Assembly: GCA_964016885.1 (NCBI GenBank)
Contig: OZ024743.1
Coordinates: 108,748,001-108,812,000 of the forward strand
Direction of reading: 5' to 3'
DNA from: Eledone cirrhosa
Taxonomy: Eukaryota
Length of the DNA: 64,000 nucleotides
Both the position numbers and the translations under genes were made by a program. Shown in pieces: positions 1 to 16,050 of this stretch. The notes beneath the pieces are model-generated. The model was not told the origin of the DNA, ran no database searches, and worked only from the letters and a program-made list of their open reading frames with translations. Numbering within the stretch: the first letter of the stretch is position 1; each line of letters starts with the position of its first letter.

Positions 1-1195
<1,195 letters not shown>

Positions 1196-3412
1196 TACAT
1201 ATAGGAATGATGGAATACAGTTTTTCATTTTTCTTCTACTAATTTATGGCATTGTGACTAGTTAAAGTAAATCAATATCTATATAATACTAATAAAATAA
1301 CAACTGCTACGACAACAACACTACCAACATCAACAATATGAAAAACAAAACAAATATCAATAGCAACAAATGACGACAGCAAGAATAACAATGACAACAA
1401 TATTAACAGTTTCAAAGCAACACACTCGCATTAACCGGTAAACGAAAATTAGCAAAGCAGTCATCACAATGGACCAACCCAAATATAAATATATCGCTGG
1501 CATTAAAAACAATCATAAACTTTATGGCCTGATAGAAACGTCCATAGAATATTTCTATATAACTGCCTCCTTCTCACTGATTCTCTCACTCTCTCACTGA
1601 ATATCTCACTGCCTCACCTCTTTCTCTCTCTGTCGCATTCTAGTTCTCTCCATTTCTATCTCAAATTCTATTGTTTCTCCATCTCTATCTCATTTTCTAT
1701 TGTCGCTTTGTTCCATTCCTTCCTTCTTTTCTTTCTCTTTTCAGATTGTCTTGCTAAATAAATGCAACCCTCCCGGATGATATTCATTCGCATATCGATT
1801 TAGCTTTATTTTAGTAGAGAATCAGGAAGATTATGTTATATGTGTACGTTTTTGTATGGATGGGTAATACATAAGTGTGTGTGTGTGTGTCTGGTAAAAG
1901 GGGATAACAATAAATACAAACGTCATCATTGTAAGGTAAGCTTTGGATCGATATTAACCAGCTATGTTATATTATACTGTTAATGAAAGGCAGAGATGTG
2001 ATAGTTGAAACAGGAAAATAACAGATTAATGTAATATTATATGACGTAAAATGTTATACCAGCTTAACTTTTGAGTTCGAGCCACATAGGGTTTGATTCT
2101 ACATTCATCTCTTCGATTCCGAGGAAAAGTATTAACATAAATACCAAGTCTGTTAAATGTATATAATTCCTGATGGAGTTGTAGGGGCGTCGTGGAAGCA
2201 CACGGCATTTCATGGGCATTGTCAAATCTGTTGGAGACCAACCGTTCTCATGTTTGAACACATTGATTTCTATCAGAAAAAAAGAAACATAGTCGGCATG
2301 AAAAAGAGATATAGAAGAATAATGAACCCCAGTTTTGGCCTGGTACATTTCATCGACATCAAAATGATGAAAGGAGGAGTTGACCTCAGTGGTATAAGAA
2401 TTCAGGGAGTTCAAAGAGCCGGAAGAATTACTGCAAATCATTCTCTTCTATTTTTTAAGTACGATATTACTTTTCCACCTCTAGTTAGTTTGATAGACTT
2501 CATCCAATCATCGACCACCCGCAAATGATTTTTTTCTTAATTCATACTGCGTGCCTTGAGCATTTTAAACCAGCAGAGCTCATCAATTTCCGATTCAAAA
2601 CACATTCGATTACTTCCAGAGGAAGAAAGTGAGGTAGAGGCAGTATGAATTGCAGCACTGGTCTACTAATATATTTATCGATATTGAGAGGATGAAAAGT
2701 AAACTAGACTTCGGCGAGATGTGAACTCGGTGTGCAGAGAGCCATAACCAACGCCGATGCATTTTTAATTTAAGGGTCGCTAAGAATGTTACCAAATCGG
2801 CAACTTTACTTATTGTAAGAGACCATGCACTAAGTGGTAAATAGTTTTGATCGTACTTTCAAACTGTTTTTGTGGGGTGGGTGTGGGGCCCGCGCATGTG
2901 TTTGCTGCTGATTTGTGATTTATTATCCCCTTTCTAGTGTCGCTTTTTGTATTAGGTGGGGGGGATATATCAATGTCCTGCTTCTTACAGGTATCCAATG
3001 TTTGTGCGGTCGCAATGTTATATTTTTAGAGGTGAATGGAGGGCAATTAGCGGTATATTCAAAATTCGAAGAAGAAGTAGCTTTAGCCAAACCGCAACGA
3101 TTGTCACTGTTATAAGTTGTAGCAAGAATTTTACAACGGTAGGCATTAAAGTTCATAGGCTGAATATGAAGGAACGATGCCAGTGCTGCAAAATATTACA
3201 TGCATTAATTTCAACACTTCTTATTAATAAAGTCATTCTTTCCCGAGAATGTATTGAAAAATGAATCTCATTTGGTTATTCCATGAGAGTTTCTTGGGAA
3301 GCCTATGAATTTTCAGGTAACCCTCGTACTGTTCGATTAGACTGAAGTGTCGTTGAGAATACATATGAATTACACCAGTACACACACACAAACACATATA
3401 TAAACACTCATC

Positions 3413-4440
<1,028 letters not shown>

Positions 4441-4454
4441 GATGGATATATATT

Positions 4455-4730
4455 AGTCAGATGCGTTCGTCACAGTTGATATGGTTAGGAGACTTGGTGC
4501 CTGGATCATAAGTATCTGCATGCCACAATCGTTGAACAGTTGACTCCATTGTCATAACAGTCCTCACGTTCAGTGTGCCGAATTTAATGGGTGTTCTGCA
4601 GGACAAAACTGAGTTGTTTGTACTTTTCTAATGTGTTGTCTTGACAGCCGATGCTTCATCCTCTGCTCCAGGTCAGGGCAGTCCTGGGAGTGATGATAAC
4701 ATTCTCCTCAGCTCCTGAACTCCCGAACAT
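4455..4730 (-). mobile_element. Inverted 5' segment of RTE-type LINE (start of APE endonuclease)
   Basis: Minus-strand translation NNSVLSCRTPIKFGTLNVRT...[14 protein letters not shown] matches the APE N-terminal GTxNVRT and ILxIQE motifs. Confidence 0.7.
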
Positions 4731-6400
4731 GAGCTTTGCAACTGGATGCAAGTTTAATGCCATAACCAAGACACAAATATTGCAGTAGGAGGCGTAGGCT
4801 TTGTGCTGAAAGCGGGAGTCACCCAATAAGTGAGTGAGATAACACCTGGCTCCCCACGAAGTTTGAGAGTGACCTTCAATGGAAACGCCTATACACTGAG
4901 GGGGACAGTGATGAGTGTGCAGAGAAATTCCATGGGGATCTGTGTAGAGCTGTCAATACCACACGAGCTCACAAAACCCTGCTAGTTCTGGGTGAGTTCA
5001 ATGCTCATCTGAGTAAGGAGTGAACTGAAGACCGTAGCTGCTATTTCCATGATAACACCAACTGAAACGGGAGACTACTGGAGGACACGCTGCCGAAGGC
5101 GATCCTGATGGTAACCTAATCTACATTTCTGAGTTACACCTGACCAAATTCTGGATTAATTTCATTCTGGTTAGGAGGAAGTGGCAGAATAGTGTCATGA
5201 GCACAGAACCCTACGGGTGGGCTTAAGAAAGAGTAAGGCTAATCCCCGGTTAGTTCTCTATAACTGGGGCACTATCAAGGAAGATGATGAGTTACAGGAG
5301 AGGTACACAGTGGGGATGAGGAAGGTTGTGTGCTCTATATGGTGAGGCATAGGAGTGAGAGAATGTGGGATCTGAGGAGAGCGTGACGACGACGTACCGG
5401 TACCTCACCACTGCAGTGACAGCAAGTGAGGCTCCGATGCCGGGGAGAGAGAAAAACAGGAGGGCAACAACTCTGCACTACCAAACGTGTGTGTAACTAG
5501 AGAAAATCTGAGAGCTGCCAAGCACCAATTCCATGCTGATACTACGGAGGATAGGAAGAAGCAGGTAGAGCCAGAGAGGTGTTGCTGATGGAGAAGATCA
5601 GGTGTATACAGAGAGCAGTGGACAGGTGTAAGTGTAAAGAGAGCTGGTCAATAATCAACGAGAGCATAGGAAGGAAGAGAGGGAATTCGAGTTAGATCAT
5701 GGCCGGAGTACAGGTAGAGGAAGTCGTTGGACCATTTTAAGACCGTAGTAGAAGAACAACCTTCCACAGCCCAGAGTATCGGGAGATCAGTCAGTTGTTC
5801 GTGGGACTAGATACTGAGACAGGGCCAGCCATTCGCTTGAGAGGAGCTTCAGAGAGCCAAGGAGCATATCAAGGATGGTAAAGCCCACGGAGAAGATGAA
5901 GTGACATCAGATATGATGAAGATGAGTTATTTCGATGATATGATCATGGAGTTCTGTGACAAGGCACAGGAGAAAAATATATGCCCCGGATCAGTGTAGG
6001 ACTAGTACCAACTACTACAGGGACATATCGTTGACGTCACTTGTGGCACAGATCCTCAACAGGATCCAGCTCGAGATAAAGAAGAAGCTAAGGAAGAACG
6101 AAAACAGCTTCAGGAAGCGAAGATCGACTACCTGTCACATTATGATGCTAAGGAAAATACTAGAGTCCTGGACTGAATCCGCCCCAAGATGATTGTGGAC
6201 CATATATCACATCTCTACACGAACACCAGAGCCCAGGTCATCACACTTGACGGAATGAAGGAGGCACAGGAGATGTTGCAAGACGTGTAGAGTGAATCGA
6301 TACGTGTGGAACAGATAATGAGTGAGACTAAGACGAAGTATCTATCGGAGAATATCAAGGAACCTGAGATGATCATGAATGTGCTGGGAAGCCGAGAGAG
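4731..6400 (+). mobile_element. Degraded RTE-clade LINE (APE endonuclease + partial RT)
   Basis: Motifs AVGGVGFVL, LRVTFNGN, LLVLGEFNAHL, FILVRRKWQNSV, NYYRDISLTSLVAQILNR, ENSFRKRRST; many stops and frameshifts. Confidence 0.85.
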
Positions 6401-6432
6401 TTGGTATATATATATATATATATATATACAGA

Positions 6433-6477
<45 letters not shown>

Positions 6478-7424
6478 ATAAATGAATGAATAAAGGGAAA
6501 GGCAAACAATACAAGTCAACAAAGTTATATATATTAGTTTAACGCTAGATATAAAAGGAGAAGTGTCTGAATGTTTTGCACACTAGTCTTTCACCAGGAG
6601 ATCGAATGAGAAATACAAGAATAAACAGAGCTATAGTGGAGAATGAGAGAAGGAGTAACGGAAAAAAGATTGCAGAAAAGCACCCGTGTTTTTAATCGGG
6701 CATTTGTGGTGGAATATATATATATATTCACACACAATGTGATAAGCCTAGCAGCAAGTTAATGTAGTAGGTAGATTATATTAACTATCTCGATCTCCAT
6801 GGATTTGAATAGTGAATGTTGTATGCATTGTAATATCATTCATACTGTGAAGCGTACAGGATATGGTACGCATCATGGATGATTTTTCTAGTAGTATGTT
6901 AACCAACTACAGATCCTTACTTTTTCCCGAAATTACTCTTAGAAGGTTTTATTCTCGTTAAAAAAAAAAAAAAAAAAATATGTCTTATGTTTCATGTAAA
7001 TCAGCTCATATAAAAACACGTTTTATGACATTTGTTTGATTTGCACTAAAGCCCCAGATGAATGTACACTTGTTTCTGGGATGTAGAAGAACTGAAGTGT
7101 GGATAATTAAGTCTGGCGTATAAATATCCGACTACGAAACACATCTTTATTTGAATTCTCTATATATCTGCAAGTTGTATTATCCAATATCACCTTTAGC
7201 TTAGCACATTTTCCTACATAAAATAAAATTGTGGTTTAGCAAATTCGAAAAGCCCCCCGTACAAAATATTCAGGTGAATATCTTGGCTTCATTTTTTTTC
7301 ATTTTAGAATTCGGGTTTCATTTTGAATTGTGTTTTAGTAAATATTACTATTATTCAGTTTAGTTAAATTCGAGTTTGTTGTTTAATGATTCATCGCATG
7401 AAGACGTATGCATTTTTTGGTCGA

Positions 7425-7790
7425 AATAACCATCATCATTGTTATCATCATCTCTATCGTCATCGATACCATCACCAATGTCGTTGTCGTCGTCGTTGTC
7501 GACATTGTCGTTGTCGTCCACCTCTTCTTCTTACTCCTCCGCCAACTCGTCCTCTTCCTCCTCCTCCTCCTCATCATCATCATCATCATCACCATCATTA
7601 TAATCAATATCGTTCTTGTCATCCTCCTATTCTTCCTCCTCCTCCGCCGTTTCCTCCCTTTCATCATCACCATCATCATCGCTATCAACGTCTCACTCAA
7701 TATCTTAATGATCACCACCTTCAGCATGGCATCGGTAAATGCCTTCATAAACATCATAATCCCCATCACCACAATCCATAGCGTCTGCAT
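7425..7790. repeat. Degenerate trinucleotide (CAT/CTC/GTC) low-complexity tract
   Basis: Directly visible. Confidence 0.9.
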
Positions 7791-8905
7791 TATCAGTATA
7801 ACATGTGTATCACATCCACCATTAAATTATCCACAGGAGAACCAAATCACATGCAAAGAACCATACTAAATAACAAAATGAACTGGAACAAAATATCAAC
7901 AGCAACACCAAAACAGCTACAAAGAGAAAAAATAAACAATTTCACTAAAAAAAATAATAGTGTGAACACGAACTGACATAGGCAGTATCCCTTATTAATC
8001 ACCATTTTAACTCTCTTTAAAAAAATACGCATAAACAAAAATAGCAATCTCACAGAAATTGTGAATGAAAGCAACCAAAACATATTTTCTTTATTTTCTC
8101 AATTCTTTACAGTCACCCAACCTTGGCCTACTAGCGATACACCTTCTTGCCACACGATTTCTCAATCTTTTCAACGCCTTTCATTATTTCCTTCCCGACA
8201 TGCTACCTCATTGAACCCTGTTATATGCTCTTTAAGGAAATTATGCGTAACTTCCTGCTATGTCGAAACGCCTCTTCAACTAACTTCCGGTTTAGACTAA
8301 GGTGTCGAATTTCATTACACCTCTTTCTCTAACTTCCTCCTGTATGCTTCCACATATTCCATTCTATGTTGTTTTTTTTATTTTTACTTTGCTGCATTTA
8401 ATTCTCCAGCTTTCTCCCTCATTACCTCCCACACATTCTTCCACCCACAGTATCTCACCGTGTTCTCTCTTTGTTAATTTGTAATGTCTCTTAACTGTTT
8501 ATATGCTCACTCTACCAATTGTCTCTCTATCATTCTATGCATTTTTTTCTAGTTTTCAGACTTAGCTTAATTTCTTACACGGATTTGTCACTCTTTACAT
8601 TATTAAAATTTGCATGTTTTTAATTTTCCTAAACACAGCACACAAGTTCTTTATAGTAAACCTAACTCTTTGTGTACAATGGCTTCGTTTCTTCCTAACG
8701 AATCAATCATTCGTTCACTGTATTAATGATGTTGGGAATTCATCGGTTTTCTCGTGGGCTAAACATCGTGTTAGAAGTCGAAGAATAATTATCTCAATAT
8801 TATGCATTATTTTATTTAGTAAATACCTGAAACAACTAGCCAGGTTTTAAATGGTAGAACGAGTTTTGTTCTTCTCTGTATATATTGATGGAATGCACAC
8901 GCACA

Positions 8906-8974
<69 letters not shown>

Positions 8975-8977
<3 letters not shown>

Positions 8978-9130
8978 AAAAGAGTCAGGACCCCGAATAC
9001 TGGGTTTCGGCCGTTTCGACAGCTACATCCGATTCTTTTCCGATTACCCACTTTCCTACACTAAGTATTGAGTACTCTGGTACATTATGGTCCACCAATT
9101 ATCTTACCTCTTACTACACCCTCTTTGTTT

Positions 9131-9134
<4 letters not shown>
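8975..9134. mobile_element. Short non-coding element between two (TA)n tracts, same family as 13653-13867
   Basis: Shared GGAA..GAGT(C)AGGACCCCGA start and ATTACCC...AGTATTGA.TACT...TATGGTCCA tail; short inverted repeat GGAAAAGAGTC/GATTCTTTTCC. Confidence 0.7.
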
Positions 9135-9220
<86 letters not shown>

Positions 9221-9829
9221 GTGTGTGTGTTAGTTTAAAATTAGCTGCATCAACTTAAGGTTGTTCGACTATGAGGGTCAGTATCATCTGTGGGAATTGA
9301 TTCACACCATCCGAAATATTCCCACAGAATTTAAGTCAATTAGATTTCCCTCAGCGAAGCTATCATTTGGTACATGATTCCGCGATGTTGTTTAGAGTGA
9401 TTGAACAAAGTACAATGTATTTACTAAACGCATTTCTTACACGCTCATCATGACTCTATTACTATTCATATTGTATACTTTTCATGCATCTTCATTTATC
9501 CCTATATGTTTCTTATATACAGCCGCTCTTATCTGTTTTTCTTGCAAATACGACTGTAATTTATTTGTTTTTATTTATCTTTACACTTTCCATTATCGTA
9601 GTTAACGTGACCTTGTGCTAAATATAATCCTTTGGCTCCCAGTTGATTAAAGTGTGGAACACCGCATACATGTACCTTATATTTTCACCTCAGGTAAATA
9701 TGCCATGCTGCTTTTTCACTTCTCCTCACTAACGTCAGAAGCATAAGAAATGCCACGTGGATTGTTGATGATATTGAGGACAAACCATTATAAATTATTA
9801 CAAAATGTTAGTTAAACTCTCGGATTCTT

Positions 9830-9882
<53 letters not shown>

Positions 9883-10650
9883 ATACTTGGGGAGGGTCAT
9901 ATTTGTGTAATATTGTTTCGACACACGATTTCATATCAAAAACCTCGCAAAACTAATTCATCGCCGTCATATATATATATATTGTAAAACTATAACGTTA
10001 CTTTGTTATCTAACGTCAGTGTCCTGCTATATATATATTATAATTCTGCTTGTTCGGCTTTCGTTCGCAAGTTAAGGTTTAGTTAGTTAGAGTGAGGGGG
10101 AGAAATATGTGAAAGAGAGAGAGGGGGCTCGAGTGAGAGAGAGGTTGAGTGAGAGCAAGTGAGAGAGAAGGAGGGAAAATATATATATAGCTTGATTTGT
10201 GGCTGTTGCCATGGGAATAACCGAGTTTTCATTAAAAAGGTGGGAATTTTAAGTGCATAGCCGTCTACATCGTTACACACACACTTATTGTAAAACGTTG
10301 TGTGTCAGAACATCATTTTGTTTTGGGAGCAACCTCTCTCATTCGTTCTCTCTATCTTCCTGTTCTCGAACATTCTTGAAACAGATTTGACTAAAAATAT
10401 TTCATGTATTTTAAACATACCGTATTTATTTTGAAATACGAAATTCCAATACGTGTCTGCATAGAATAGAATTACAATTTAGTTTCAGGCATAGTTATGC
10501 CTGAAACTAAACTCTAATTATATTCTATTATAAGTTCAGCCAACTTATACAGCTTCATATGCAAATGAGATTAATCACTTCATTTACACAGATGAGAAAA
10601 CCATATATTCTCGCCTGTTTTCAAGGTCCAGCAGTTGCAAGAGTGGGAGG

Positions 10651-10698
10651 GATCGTGCTGATGGGAACCAGTTCAGTTCGAAATGCCCATCTACGATT
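10651..10698 (+). ncRNA. Type I hammerhead ribozyme motif (A9->G variant)
   Basis: GATCGTG-CTGATGG-GAAC(cagttca)GTTC-GAAA-TGCCCA-TC-TACGATT; stem I extends via CCAGCAG..GCAAG/CTTGC..CTGCTGG. Confidence 0.75.
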
Positions 10699-10818
10699 GT
10701 CCCCTTGCTTCTGCTGGACACCGTCAGACGGCGTTAGTCGGTGGTGTTTTGGCATAGCTACGGCTCTCTGAATGTTTATTTTAAACATACCGTATTTCTT
10801 CTGAAATACGAATTTCCA

Positions 10819-10879
<61 letters not shown>

Positions 10880-12164
10880 GCATATCAAGTCTTTATTGCA
10901 GTCACATAGATAGACTAACCGACAGGTACACACATATGTCCAGAGTTGTTGAAACATTTTATTTAAGAATTTCACATGCCAGGCGCTAAGTATTTTGAAA
11001 AGCAACGAACTGTGGAGGGAGAAATATTTCCAGCCTTCAAAGAAGTGTGCTTGTAACTTGATCTTATAGAGCTTGATAATTATTTGAGCCAATGTCAGCC
11101 AACAGAACTTCGTCTGATGTTCAGGACTCTGGGGTTTTTCTGTGCCAGTCGACGGAGGCTGACATATACTATATTCTACTAAATTTTTGAACTCGCTTAC
11201 TCCTTCCTGGAAACCGTCTCACGAATTACAATTAATAGCAGGGTCAATAATAATGCTTTTACGGAATATTTCAATGTAGACTTTAGTATACATTGTCACA
11301 AGATTAGAAGTATTGGGATTGCATCAATATTCTATCACAGTTTTCCATTTCAATGGACGTTTCCCCGGCTGACGATTTGCCCCGGTGATCCCGATGTCCA
11401 TTGTACTTCAGAAAAAAGACCAGTTTCTAGTAAGTCTATCATATGGTATGACAGAAAATAAGAGCCAGGGATAAACACACGATATAAATCAGTTTCTTCC
11501 TTGTTGAGGCTGTATTTAGCCATGGGCAATTGTAAGCCGCCTTTTGAAGAGTATGCAGAAAGTTAGAACTAAAAATCAAATATAAGCAAGGGAGTTGAGG
11601 TAATATAACTGTGACAATGAACATCGTATGCAAAGTGCTATTAAGATAATTCTGAACCCAGTTATAGATTGCAAGCTGCAATGGAAATGAGACGATTCAT
11701 GTAAATAAAAATCTAGTTTATATTCTCTATATGGTTTGTCATACATTAATTGTATATAATGGAAAGTAATTATGTTAACATATTGCGTAATAAGGAATAT
11801 GCATTTATATATTGATCTTGCAGTTTCAGTACAATTAAATACTAACAAATAATATCTGTATTAAATATTGTATAGATTGTTATTGTATACATTATATATT
11901 TTTGTATCTTTTATTGCACAGACAACAATAAGTTTTCTATGCCATAAAAATGCAAATAAACCTTTCTTTCTTAAATAGCTCCTCTTAAATTTTTTCTCAC
12001 TCTAGGAAATGTCCATAGGTCACGCTACGCTATTATATTCCATGTATAAATGAAGTAAATTGGATGAGAATATCATAAAGACATTCTGAGAAGAAGTATC
12101 AAGTTTCTTGAAATATACATGAGAATTGTTTATTCCTTGCGAGTACAACTTGTACAAAGGTCTA

Positions 12165-12455
12165 CACCAATCATGCGGCCCACGAAATTTCTGAATGGCT
12201 CACTTAAGTCACCTAAGTGAAATGTTTCCGATTTTTTTGCCCCAAATTTTAGTCGTAATTTATCTTTCTATCATTTTTAGGATCGAGGAAAACAACGTGT
12301 ACGAATTCTGAAAAAACAAATCAAAACAACCTGAGCTACCACCCTTATTTTAAAATGTGGGTACGAATGTAAATTAGCGCTTGCAGCCCGCCTGATGATG
12401 AGCCATATGTCATGCGGCCCGCTTTTCAAAAAAGGTTGCCCGTGCTTGCTCTAGA
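12165..12455. mobile_element. Possible hAT-type MITE remnant
   Basis: Repeated ATGCGGCCC motifs and AAAAAGGTTGCCC terminal-like sequence. Confidence 0.35.
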
Positions 12456-12779
12456 CCTTTCCAACAGATTTCCGTGTAGTGTTTTCGGGTCTGTTCTTGT
12501 CTCGGTTCTGTATGCGTAAAATCTACCGAATAAGTTCGTGGGTCTGTAATGTGTACGCTTGTTAATAGTGTAACTATAGCTAATTTCTAAAGTGTTGTCT
12601 TTTAAAATGTTCCGTATAACTATGATTAGAGTGAAAGCGTCTGTCTATTTCACCGAAGAAGTTCCTTGCTATATTAAGTTGTATTTAAGGTATTTCATTG
12701 CAGCTAATATAGAAAGAGACATTCTAATATTTAATATATCAATTTTTCATTCATTCGATATTTCACTCATGCTTTCTCT

Positions 12780-12804
12780 CTCTCGTTTTCTTTCTTTCTT
12801 TCTG

Positions 12805-12839
<35 letters not shown>

Positions 12840-12840
12840 G

Positions 12841-12876
<36 letters not shown>

Positions 12877-12922
12877 TTCTTTCTTTCTTTCTTTCATTCT
12901 TTCTTTCTTTCTTTCTTTCTTC
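12780..12922. repeat. (CTTT)n microsatellite
   Basis: Directly visible. Confidence 0.95.
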
Positions 12923-13474
12923 ACAGCAAAGTTGGAAAATCCTTGAGGCTGGAACAGAATTTAAAATAAAATGTCAGTTATTGCCAAAGGAAGTAACAGA
13001 GTGGAATGAGATTTTTCAGCCGAAAAGAATGTCTACTTAAGGGAGATAATGCATGACAGTTTAATGTGCGTAAGCGCATGTGTTCGTATGTGTTCCATTA
13101 TGTTTGCGTATGTGTTCCCTTTTGTGTGTGTATGAGTTTCGCTCTCTATGCGCATGTGTTCCTGTATGTGTGTGTGTGTATGTGTGTGTGTTTCCTTGTG
13201 TATGCGCATGTGCTCACTGGTGTGAACTGATATGAACATGCTTTACTTTTAGTGGATACATTCACATTGGGTGAGCATCTTTACGTGTGTTTGCAAATTA
13301 TGAAGACAGAGTTCAGTATACTTTGCGGTATTTGGTCCTGCTCTATATATTGAATGATCCTGTCTTCTATAGGTGTTTGCTTTTCAGCAGTTTTGTTATT
13401 ACATTGTCTGCTGCACAGAACTTTGCTTACACCTCATGCTTGACGTCGACAAAACGGACAAAACTCTCTGATGG

Positions 13475-13530
<56 letters not shown>

Positions 13531-13532
<2 letters not shown>

Positions 13533-13618
13533 CTTTGCCATTCATCCTTACGGGGTCGATAAAATAAAGTACCAGTAATGTACTGGTTAATTGATGGCCT
13601 TGTGCCAAAAGTAGAAAC

Positions 13619-13622
<4 letters not shown>
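13531..13622 (+). mobile_element. 3' half of the tRNA-type SINE
   Basis: AACTTTGCCATTCATCCTTACGGGGTCGATAAAATAAAGTACCAG...GTGCCAAAAGTAGAAACAATT, near-identical to copies at 29.0-29.4 kb. Confidence 0.85.
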
Positions 13623-13652
<30 letters not shown>

Positions 13653-13657
<5 letters not shown>

Positions 13658-13862
13658 AACGAGTAGGACCCCGACGGCTGAGCTCAAGCCGTTTCAACGG
13701 CTAATTCGGGACTAAATGGACATTTTAGTCCAGAATTAGCCGTCTAAACGGCTTGAGCTCAGCCGTCGGGGTCCTACTCGTTCCTATTACCCCGTCTACT
13801 ACTCTCAGTATTGAATACTTTAGTGCAGTATGGTCCATCTGGTTCCTTACCACAGTTCCTTC

Positions 13863-13867
<5 letters not shown>
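13653..13867. mobile_element. Foldback element (~64-bp arms, 13653-13787) plus tail, between (TA)n tracts
   Basis: ATAGGAACGAGTAGGACCCCGACGGCTGAGCTCAAGCCGTTT... is mirrored by ...AAACGGCTTGAGCTCAGCCGTCGGGGTCCTACTCGTTCCTAT. Confidence 0.85.
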
Positions 13868-13917
<50 letters not shown>

Positions 13918-13929
13918 GCACACACATAT

Positions 13930-14037
<108 letters not shown>

Positions 14038-14092
14038 AGACACAGACTGAATGCATGGAGAGAAGCAGAAATTGAATATTATACAGATATGT

Positions 14093-14128
<36 letters not shown>

Positions 14129-14141
14129 TATATATATATAT

Positions 14142-14238
<97 letters not shown>

Positions 14239-15244
14239 CAAAGATCTAGGCTTTGTGACATGCACTGATATCTCCCTGAAAGAGACCACAATTATTTCGA
14301 TATATTAACAAAATGATAATCTTCTCTAAATGCATGCATATATGTATGTATTTATGTATATGCACATACCTACATGTATATTTATATGTGTATTTGCTTT
14401 TCGGTGCGTGTGCATTTCTATCCTTAATTTTAGACAAACAGCTCGCAATGATGAATGGAGGTATGTGAACATTATTAATGCATTGATCATAGATATTTTA
14501 CACATCGAATTTTCATTCCAGCAGCGCGTATCTGGGGAATGTTATTTATATAACATTGAATTATAAATTATATCAGAAATATTTAGTAAATTACGTCTTT
14601 GATCTTATTGATATTTCAATTTTCAGCCCATTTCCCTTTTATTTCTTTTCTTATTGTTCTTCTCTAATTTGATATTGTTGTATGAAATATACCTTAAACT
14701 AATACTGGCCTCAATCCAAGAGGGCTTTGTCTATGAAATGATTATTTCATCACAATATGTTTCTTTTTTTCCTCTAAATACAAAAATAAACAGAATAGAT
14801 TTTCCGCTCTATGTACATGGTTAAAATGAAATTGACAGGGATGAAAATTGGGTATGGAAAAAAAGATCATGTTGGTCTTTATTTGTAATTTTATGTTGTC
14901 TATCCTTAGAGAATATTGCAATAAGTGCTATACTATTATTTATAATATATGTCTGCAACAATCTCAATTAGGTTTGGCATGATATTTACTGCTGTGTTCA
15001 AATATCCTCAAAGGAAACAGCTATATCTTTCTCTTGCTAGTTTTACTTATTTATTTATTAAACTAATACACAAGAAACTGATGTTTTTTGCTCTCAACAC
15101 ATTATATATACTAAAATATAAATCATTGCTTTATGGGTGGAATAAGTAATACTGATGTACTGCACGGAAATTCCACAAAGCTATATGTACGTATATGATG
15201 ATGATTATGGCGATGGCTTCGATATAAATATACCTAAAACTCTA

Positions 15245-15480
15245 GTCCCTTTGGTCCTCTCTGCTTGCATACACGCTGGTGATTGATGTGCCTGTTCCAA
15301 GATTGGCAGATCAGCCTACAGTGACAGCAGGAATATGTCTGTGTTTTGCTTGGCCCCTTCCTGACTGAGGCCTTCCACCAGGCTATCTTCCTGAATTGCC
15401 TCAAATGTTGCTGGTAGCTTGGCGGATTGCGGAAAACAGCCTGTGTGATCCACTGGACGAGGCCGATTTTGTACGTATAT
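15245..15480 (-). mobile_element. RTE LINE 3' end remnant with C-terminal zinc finger
   Basis: Minus-strand WWKASVRKG...TYSCCHCRLICQSWNRHINHQRVCK. Confidence 0.6.
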
Positions 15481-15877
15481 TGCCTACGCTTTGTTTACTG
15501 TTCTGTATGCTCCGGACAGGACTACCAAAGCACAATGTGATTTATGCAGGTCGTTGAGCACTTCATTCTATTCGCATCATTGTTGGCTGATCGGAGTCTG
15601 GTTTACACATATCCAGTTGATTAACATATACAAATATATACAAACTTATATACATATGGTCATTTGTGTAGATAAGTACTAATATAATTCAGAGGGAAAA
15701 CGTAATATAGGGAAGAGGTAACAAATCGACATCATTATTGACAGAATTTTTGCAGGAGCAGAGTGTCCATATATGGACAAAACCTCAAGTAATATTGTTA
15801 TCATAGAAACTTGTAAACTCCGTTGATATTCCTTTGTGTATTTAGAAGAAAAAACTAACAACATTAAAATTAACATA

Positions 15878-16050
15878 GCAAGTGGGTTGGCAGTATCGGT
15901 AGAGGGTTGGACGCCATGCCTTGCAACATAGGGTCACGGCCCTTTATGATCTCAGTTCAAATCTCGCCGAGGTTAAGTTTGCCTTTCATCCTTACGGGGT
16001 CGATAACATAAAGTACCAGTAATGCACTGGATATTTGTTGGCGTTGTTTC
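15878..16050 (+). mobile_element. tRNA-derived SINE
   Basis: A-box-like TGGCAGTATCGG, B-box-like AGTTCAAATCTC, conserved core CATCCTTACGGGGTCGATAA..AAGTACCAG; multicopy in window. Confidence 0.85.

Noticed and set aside
7383-7869. His/Pro/Ile-rich ORFs
   Set aside because: Trinucleotide low complexity, open in several frames, no domain
12928-13039. Possible exon after a pyrimidine tract (QSWKILEAGTEFKIK...)
   Set aside because: The tract is a microsatellite, the frame is short, and there are no partner exons or recognisable homology
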